From contig DAOVVV010000007.1 in NCBI GenBank assembly GCA_030637025.1, positions 52,667 to 72,666 on the forward strand: 20,000 nt of DNA, written 5' to 3'. This document shows positions 14,846-20,000 of this stretch, in pieces. The notes beneath the pieces are model-generated. The model did no database searches. It was not told the origin of the DNA and saw only the letters and a program-made list of their open reading frames with translations. Source of the stretch: Clostridia bacterium. Its GTDB lineage: Bacteria; CBDUZB01; JAGLHV01. The position numbers and the translations under genes were made by a program. How positions within the stretch are numbered: position 1 is the first letter of the stretch; each line of letters starts with the position of its first letter.

Positions 14846-17800
14846 CTATTTGTTAGGCCACAAAGGGCAATCTTTATTAATACATTCTTGATTTTTTTTA
14901 TATTGAGAGCATACTAAACCTTTATTGGCGGGCAAATAAACCGGTGAATATTTTTTAGAAAGCTCAGAAACAGCTTTCAAGGCAATCCAGCAATCACGCT
15001 GGCAACACCTTGGAGCATTGTATTCTCCTATTTTCCTCAGAACTTCAGAAGTTATTTGTTGAACGATCTGGCGCTCTTTGCCTTTGTAAGGATTGGATTT
15101 TAATATTACAGAATATCCTATACCGGCTCCGACAGCGGCTCCACATACACCCATAAAAGCACAGGCTCCTCCGGCTACGGTCCTTCCCCTTTCAATTCCC
15201 TCTATAATATCTTCGTTTGAAATATCCCCACCTCTATTTTTATAAACTGATAAAATAACACCGGGAACCAATGAGTGATGCTCCGGACCGTTTAACGGAA
15301 CACTATTGTGTCTCCTTATCTTTTTTAACATCTCTACCATGTCATCATATTTTGATTCCAGGCAGATGTTTTTTATAACTTCAATCGCATCCTGCGAATG
15401 GCACCTATCACAAACGAAATGGTCATTTACACAGACGGCATTAGCATTAAAGGATTTATTACAGTAATGGCAGATTTCGGTATGTTCTTTATCAAAATAT
15501 TCAAGCTTAGCACCGCATACTAAACAACCGCTTTTGTATTTTTTCTCATCTGACTTATTGCCGGACTCTTTTTTTGCTTCAGGAACTATAAAACATGAAC
15601 AGCTCATTTCTTGCTTAACATTGGTCGGGTTACCCTTTTCGTCCAAAACAAAAAACGACTCATTAAGCTCGATGTTAGATGGAATATCTACTACAGCCTT
15701 CCTCCCCTGACGAAGAGTTTGCCCTTCGCATAAAGAAACAGAATGTAACGGCCCCCTATAAATTATCTCTCGCGTGACACTTTTTTTTGGTTTATGAGTA
15801 AAATATGTTACGGCGTAAAAATTATATTCCTTAATCTGCCTGTACAAAAATCTTTTCTTTATATATAAACTTTCAAAACCAATATCTTCTATCATAGAAA
15901 ACAAATCATTTTCTTTCATAGCCCCGCCGATACATTCACCTCGAAGCTTTTCATTATATTTTATTTCGAGTGGAACCTCATCGTCGCATACGATATCTGA
16001 TATGCAAATCCTTCCTCCGGGTTTTAAAATCCTCAATATTTCACTTAATGTTTTCCGCTTGTCAGGAGAAAGATTTATAACACAATTTGATATTACAACA
16101 TCTGCAGAGCTTGATTCTAAAGGAATATTTTCTAGAAAACCCTTTCGGAATTCTGTATTCTTATAACCAAGATTTTGTGATACTCTTTCCAGAGATTTAT
16201 CAGCAATCTTTAGCATCGCATCAGCCATATCTATTCCATATACATGCCCCTGGGGACCCACTATGCGGGAAGCAATAAAACACTCTGTTCCGGTTCCTGA
16301 ACCCAGGTCAACTAACACCTCTTCTTCTTTAAGACCGCAATCTTTCACCGGACTGCCGCATCCATAACTGCGCACTTTGGATTCTTGGGGTATATGCGAT
16401 ATATCATGTTCATCGTATTGAACCGGATTGATTATATCTTCATTAACATCTCGAGCCGCATTGGAATAAAAAGAATTTACGGAAGAATATCCATCTTTTC
16501 CCGGCAGGGACAGAACACAGTTAGAATGAGTAAAGCCTACTGATGCACTGTCTTCATTGCACTCATAAAGACGTTCTCCCATTTTGCAGACCATACCAGG
16601 AATATCTCTTTTGATATAGTTTTGGGATTCTTTTGCCAATAGATACAAAGCACAAAAATTGTATAATTCTAAATATGGATCTGCTCCCACAAAAGTTTTT
16701 GATGCAACATAGCTATGGTCAATATCTCCGCCACCGGAGAAATACTTTAATGGGTGATTTCTAATTTTGTCACTTTCAATCAAAGAAGCTCCTCTAATTT
16801 TTTCGAAAACACTGCTTTTTTTCCACACATTTTTTAATCCTTCTTCAATATTTCCTGCGATTAATCCATTTTCGCCAATCAGCGCAGGAGAAGGATAGAT
16901 ATCGCCCTCGGGGCCTATCGCTATGCTTTCCCATGCGGCATTGCTTAAATCAAAACGGGTTCCTGGTAAACAAAATAGTTGACTTTTAAGTATTTCAAAA
17001 TTATCAATCGTAATTCCCAAAGTGTTTGCCTTCTCATAAGCCTTGACCAGGTGTTTGAATATTTCTTCCGGTTTGACGAAAAGAGTTGAAACACCTTTGC
17101 CTTTTTTGAAAAACCAGAGATAGTGAATATTTTTTATATTAAAGTCTGAAGCTATTTCAATCATGCTACTCATTTCGCCTACATTTTTTTTATTTACTGA
17201 CATGGCAAGACTGACCGGAAAATTAAACTTCTGAAGATAATGAAGTGATTTAAGTAATTCATCGAACGTTCCCTTTCCCCGAATAGTTTCATGGTTTTCT
17301 TTAAGTCCGTCTATACTGATCTGAAAATGAACGCGGTCTGTATGTGTGCTCCTTAACCATTCATCAAATGACTTTATATTCTTGGCGTTGGTAAGTACAA
17401 CAATATGAGTATTATCCTTCTTTAATATTTCGTCACATACTTTTGTGAATTTTGGATAAACAAACGGCTCTCCTCCTGTAAAATAGAAAATCCTGCATCC
17501 CAATTGATAGGCCTCATTGCTTGCCTTAATAACATCGCCGTATGCCAGTGAAGGTTGTAATTTATTATCGGAAGAAAACATGCAATGAGAACACGCCATA
17601 TTGCATTGATTTGTGATATGGAACCAGCATTCTTTGAGAGTTTTCAACTCTCTATAATGGATTCGTCCTTTATACGGTGGGGTGTAATTGTTGTTTATTC
17701 GAAACAGAAAGTTTTCAATTTGCATGTACGCCTTATTGAAGTCACAGCTATACTTTCGCGCATATTTACTTACAGCACTTGAAATATCGTTATTTTCTTT

Positions 17801-17920
17801 AAGTAAACCCAACACATAGTCTGCGTTATTTGTGGGCACGAACCAATCCGGCTTGTTTCCATTAATATATATTGGGATTTTTTTATATTCAAACCGCTTA
17901 TAACAAACAAGTTTCTCCAT
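14846..17920 (-). CDS. Fusion: radical SAM + ArsM-like SAM methyltransferase + Cys-rich/DUF5714-like domain
   Basis: CNMACSHC, FTGGEP and QISIDG (radical SAM); YGCGSP, DLGSGTG, DVVISNCVINLSPDK and ECIGGA (ArsM-like); CLVC..CHYC..CVNDHFVCDRCH, GPEHH, GGACAFMGVCGAA and PRCCQR. GGAG at 17930-17927 favours ATG 17920; the track start 17980 lies inside a repeat remnant. Confidence 0.88.
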   Translation of the reverse strand: MEKLVCYKRFEYKKIPIYINGNKPDWFVPTNNADYVLGLLKENNDISSAVSKYARKYSCDFNKAYMQIENFLFRINNNYTPPYKGRIHYRELKTLKECWFHITNQCNMACSHCMFSSDNKLQPSLAYGDVIKASNEAYQLGCRIFYFTGGEPFVYPKFTKVCDEILKKDNTHIVVLTNAKNIKSFDEWLRSTHTDRVHFQISIDGLKENHETIRGKGTFDELLKSLHYLQKFNFPVSLAMSVNKKNVGEMSSMIEIASDFNIKNIHYLWFFKKGKGVSTLFVKPEEIFKHLVKAYEKANTLGITIDNFEILKSQLFCLPGTRFDLSNAAWESIAIGPEGDIYPSPALIGENGLIAGNIEEGLKNVWKKSSVFEKIRGASLIESDKIRNHPLKYFSGGGDIDHSYVASKTFVGADPYLELYNFCALYLLAKESQNYIKRDIPGMVCKMGERLYECNEDSASVGFTHSNCVLSLPGKDGYSSVNSFYSNAARDVNEDIINPVQYDEHDISHIPQESKVRSYGCGSPVKDCGLKEEEVLVDLGSGTGTECFIASRIVGPQGHVYGIDMADAMLKIADKSLERVSQNLGYKNTEFRKGFLENIPLESSSADVVISNCVINLSPDKRKTLSEILRILKPGGRICISDIVCDDEVPLEIKYNEKLRGECIGGAMKENDLFSMIEDIGFESLYIKKRFLYRQIKEYNFYAVTYFTHKPKKSVTREIIYRGPLHSVSLCEGQTLRQGRKAVVDIPSNIELNESFFVLDEKGNPTNVKQEMSCSCFIVPEAKKESGNKSDEKKYKSGCLVCGAKLEYFDKEHTEICHYCNKSFNANAVCVNDHFVCDRCHSQDAIEVIKNICLESKYDDMVEMLKKIRRHNSVPLNGPEHHSLVPGVILSVYKNRGGDISNEDIIEGIERGRTVAGGACAFMGVCGAAVGAGIGYSVILKSNPYKGKERQIVQQITSEVLRKIGEYNAPRCCQRDCWIALKAVSELSKKYSPVYLPANKGLVCSQYKKNQECINKDCPLWPNK

Positions 17921-17970
17921 TTCACTCTCCAGTCGCAGAGGGTCATAACCTCCATCCACAAAAATAGTTG

Positions 17971-18061
17971 GGGGGAACATTGCGTCGTTTTTTAACTAAT
18001 TATTCTGGTTTGTTTTTAGTTACTTCTTCCCTTCAACGGTATAATTTGCTTATTACACTTG
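17971..18061 (-). mobile_element. Degenerate copy of the Y1-transposase 3' end seen at 19458-19559
   Basis: Colinear with 19458-19559: GGGGA-C.TTGCGTC..AACTAATTATT..TCTGGTT.GTTTTTAGTTA..TTCCCT..CGGTAT.ATTTGCTTATT.CAC. Confidence 0.75.
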
Positions 18062-18288
18062 AAAAAACATGGTTCTCCGCCAAAAACTTAAAGTTTATGA
18101 CGGACCCGGTACTGCATCGCAAATAACCGCCCGAATCAAAATACCATTTGCGTATCAATCTATTTTATATCAAAAATTAGCCAAAAAAGCAACCCAATTA
18201 CATCTACTCGGAATGTCCTATCGAGATAAATCGCTAAAAGTTTAAACATAAAGCTATAAGAGCTTGCAAATATTACAAAAAGAACCGT

Positions 18289-18525
18289 GTGTCATCTTAA
18301 GCGAAGAAACTTTACTTTATTTGTCATTCCTGCGCAAGCAGGAATCTATACAACTATTTTCTCCTCCCCTTGCCTGTCCGTTTCTGGAGGAATTGTAGGG
18401 GTGGCATGAACTTGTACTGAGCTTGTCGAATGTATGACACCCGCATATTAGTTTGCTTGCCTGTCCGCCAGTCTTTAAGGCGGATCCGTCAGTTTGTAAG
18501 GAGGAAGATATTAAGAGGAGAGGGG
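18289..18525. repeat. Cluster of nested, degenerate REP-like palindromes
   Basis: ATTCCTGC-GCAA-GCAGGAAT (18326-18345); CTTGCCTGTCCG twice (18369, 18456); TCCGCC-N9-GGCGGA (18464-18484); CTGAGCTTGTCGAA (~18417); outer CTCCTCCCC / GAGGAGAGGGG. Confidence 0.65.
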
Positions 18526-18667
18526 AATAATTTGTGTTCTGACCATTTAATATTAACAAATTTTTATATCCACAAGAAAAATACATTTGGATACAAATCC
18601 GCATCTTTCGCCCGCATCTTTTGCCTAAAATGCCCACAAAATAATGGACATTTATTTGTTAATTAGC

Positions 18668-18755
18668 TTGACTTATGCATGAATATTACATATAATGTAA
18701 TAAAAGTGCTTGACAAACCCATTTAAAATGTATATTTATTACATAAAGTGTAAGG
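18668..18755 (+). promoter_or_regulatory. abiEi promoter with two related inverted-repeat operators
   Basis: TTGACT (18668-18673), 17 bp, then TATAAT (18691-18696). IR TATTACAT-ata-ATGTAATA (18684-18702) covers the -10; second copy TATTACAT-aaa-GTGTAAGG at 18737-18755; extra TTGACA at 18710. Confidence 0.7.
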
Positions 18756-18765
18756 ATTGTGTATT

Positions 18766-19377
18766 ATGAAAAATACTAAAAAACAAAAACTATTTGAGAT
18801 AGTCTCTCTCCAGCAGGGATATTTTACTGCGAAACAAGCTATCAATGCAGGATTCTCTTATAGGATGCATTCACATTATAGGCAAAGAGGGGAATGGCTT
18901 GAAATTGACAGAGGCATTTTTCGACTGGCACAATTTCCTAATTCACCAGACGAGGATTATGTTAGATGGTCTCTGTGGAGCAGAGATAGAAATGGTCAAC
19001 CCCAGGCGGTTATATCTCATGAGTCAGCACTTAGTATTCATGAGCTTAGCGATGTTATGCCATCAAAAATCCATTTTACTGTTCCGCTTGGGTTTAGAAA
19101 AAAAATACCTAAAGGATGTTTTTCCCACAAAGGAAAAATTTCAAATGATGAAAAAGAACAGAGAGAAGGTTTTTTTGTTACAACTCCTCTTCGCACAATA
19201 ATTGACTCTGCCGAATCAAATCTCAGCATTGATTATCTTGAACAGGCTATACAACAAGGATGCGATAGAGGAATGTTTCAGATCCTTGACATTGTGAGCA
19301 CTGAAATGTCGCAAAAGGCAAAAGAAAAAATAATGATAGTTTTTAAAAAGATAAAAATTGAAAGAGAGAAAAACTAA
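18766..19377 (+). CDS. abiEi: Type IV toxin-antitoxin AbiEi-family antitoxin
   Basis: QQGYFTAKQA..AG, RGIFRL, AVISHESALSIHELSD, IHFTVP and VTTPLRTIID motifs; ATG 18766 preferred over TTG 18757. Confidence 0.88.
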   Translation: MKNTKKQKLFEIVSLQQGYFTAKQAINAGFSYRMHSHYRQRGEWLEIDRGIFRLAQFPNSPDEDYVRWSLWSRDRNGQPQAVISHESALSIHELSDVMPSKIHFTVPLGFRKKIPKGCFSHKGKISNDEKEQREGFFVTTPLRTIIDSAESNLSIDYLEQAIQQGCDRGMFQILDIVSTEMSQKAKEKIMIVFKKIKIEREKN

Positions 19378-19484
19378 TGTCGGCTGATTTTAAAAAATAT
19401 GACAATGCAATAGCTTTCAGGAAAGCCCTTGAACGGGAAAACATAGGGGAAAACATAGGGGACGTTGCGTCCTTTAGGAACTAA
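19377..19484 (+). pseudogene. Truncated AbiEii-family nucleotidyltransferase toxin (first ~20 codons only)
   Basis: TAATG coupling to abiEi. MSADFKKYDNAIAFRKALER matches the AbiEii N-terminal YxxAxAFRxALE pattern, then runs into a 12-bp tandem repeat and stops at 19484. Confidence 0.7.
19435..19458 (+). repeat. 12-bp tandem duplication GGGAAAACATAG x2 at the truncation junction
   Basis: Copies at 19435-19446 and 19447-19458, followed by GGGACGTTG. Confidence 0.9.
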
Positions 19485-19660
19485 TTATTATTTGTATTAC
19501 TTCTGGTTCGTTTTTAGTTATTTATTTCCCTCTCCGGTATGATTTGCTTATTTCACCTGAACTCACTTTCAATTCTTTTTCAAACCTGCTTTCGCTTAAA
19601 CCAAGATAATCTATTCCTAAATTCACAAACACTGCTCTTGCTTTCGCTATTGGCATGACT
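19458..19660 (-). mobile_element. 3' remnant of a Y1/RAYT-like transposase (DnaA-C-like HTH tail) with its GTCCCC end
   Basis: Minus strand PIAKARAVFVNLGIDYLGLSESRFEKELKVSSGEISKSYRRGK*ITKNEPE...* resembles the C-terminal HTH of Y1 transposases; internal stop; ends CAACGTCCCC. Confidence 0.6.
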
Positions 19661-19720
19661 CAAGGAGAACAACAGTTTTACAATTAGTCAGGTTAGTACG
19701 CAACGTTATATAATAAAAAA

Positions 19721-19875
19721 TGTCACAAGAGCACCTCAATCATGTTATAATTTGTGTGAAAGCATAAACTAAAACAAGGAGGAGCTCTTATGACAAAGAA
19801 CAATAATATCAACGAATTGTATCAATTACGAAAAAGTATTAGAAACAAAAATAATACTTTATTAATCGGGTTTGA
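19721..19875 (+). mobile_element. 5' part of an IS110-like transposase gene (ATG 19790), interrupted
   Basis: AGGAGG RBS; MTKNNNINELYQLRKSIRNKNNTLLIGFD resembles the IS110 'hhhGhD' start. A 15/17 inverted repeat (19721-19737 / 19779-19795) sequesters RBS and ATG, with TG-TATAAT in the loop. Confidence 0.55.
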
Positions 19876-20000
19876 TGCATATTCCGGAGTACTTCTACCA
19901 CTAAATCCGGAAAACTTCTACCACCCATTCCGGTTAACTTCTACCACCTAATCCGGTAACTTCTACCAGTCCAAAAGAGCAAATCAACGAAATATAAAAT
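19876..20000. mobile_element. IS21-family-like terminal region with four internal direct repeats
   Basis: Begins TGCATATTCCGG; TCCGG-N2-3-ACTTCTACCA repeated, with cores at 19891, 19914, 19937 and 19959 (period 23, 23, 22). 5'-TG ends and multiple internal repeats are IS21 hallmarks. Confidence 0.75.

Noticed and set aside
17921-17980. N-terminal extension MFPPTIFVDGG... of the radical SAM protein
   Set aside because: That ATG lies inside the repeat remnant and lacks an RBS; ATG 17920 has GGAG at normal spacing.
18066-18112. Fluoride riboswitch-like look on the + strand (ATGG...CGCC...ATGAC)
   Set aside because: The 5' GGCG needed to pair with CGCC is missing and no + strand gene follows.
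18317-18666. ORFs 18317-18637 (-) and 18430-18666 (+)
   Set aside because: They translate through the palindrome cluster, have TTG or weak starts, and show no protein-like motifs.
931-19229. Short ORFs antisense or out of frame within real genes (e.g. 931-1125, 1741-1956, 3137-3596, 4281-4655, 5861-6166, 10851-11201, 13060-13347, 18845-19201)
   Set aside because: Shadow ORFs overlapping well-supported CDSs, with no RBS or recognisable motif.
19883-19968. Four ~23-bp periodic repeats as a possible CRISPR array or iterons
   Set aside because: Variable parts are only a few bases, so there are no spacers, and no cas or rep gene is in view. The TG start and repeat layout fit an IS21-family end.

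Overview
AT-rich bacterial window in three parts. (1) 1-1096: 3' end of a FIST-domain gene, a single-domain receiver protein and an orphan prepilin. (2) 1493-8919: a tight six-gene + strand operon I cannot assign to a known pathway. It encodes a small protein with a segment resembling the PolA thumb, a 1243-aa protein (mid-chain hydrophobic helix, 3 PKD-like repeats, a CBM-like domain), two Cys-rich paralogues (94/109 aa identical by hand count), a helical+Ig-like protein and a polyprenyl synthetase. This is the best candidate for an undescribed system. It is followed by ordinary genes: LolA-like protein, lipoprotein FKBP/SlyD-like PPIase, RRM protein and rlmD. (3) ~12.6-20 kb: a mosaic accessory region with a guanine/nucleoside deaminase, RhuM-like fragments, an HTH-Doc pair, a radical SAM/ArsM-like methyltransferase/DUF5714-like fusion, an AbiEi gene whose AbiEii partner is truncated, remnants of a Y1 (RAYT-like) transposase end, nested REP-like palindromes, and an IS110-like gene start interrupted by an IS21-like end. 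All family calls come from motif recognition by eye; no searches were run.
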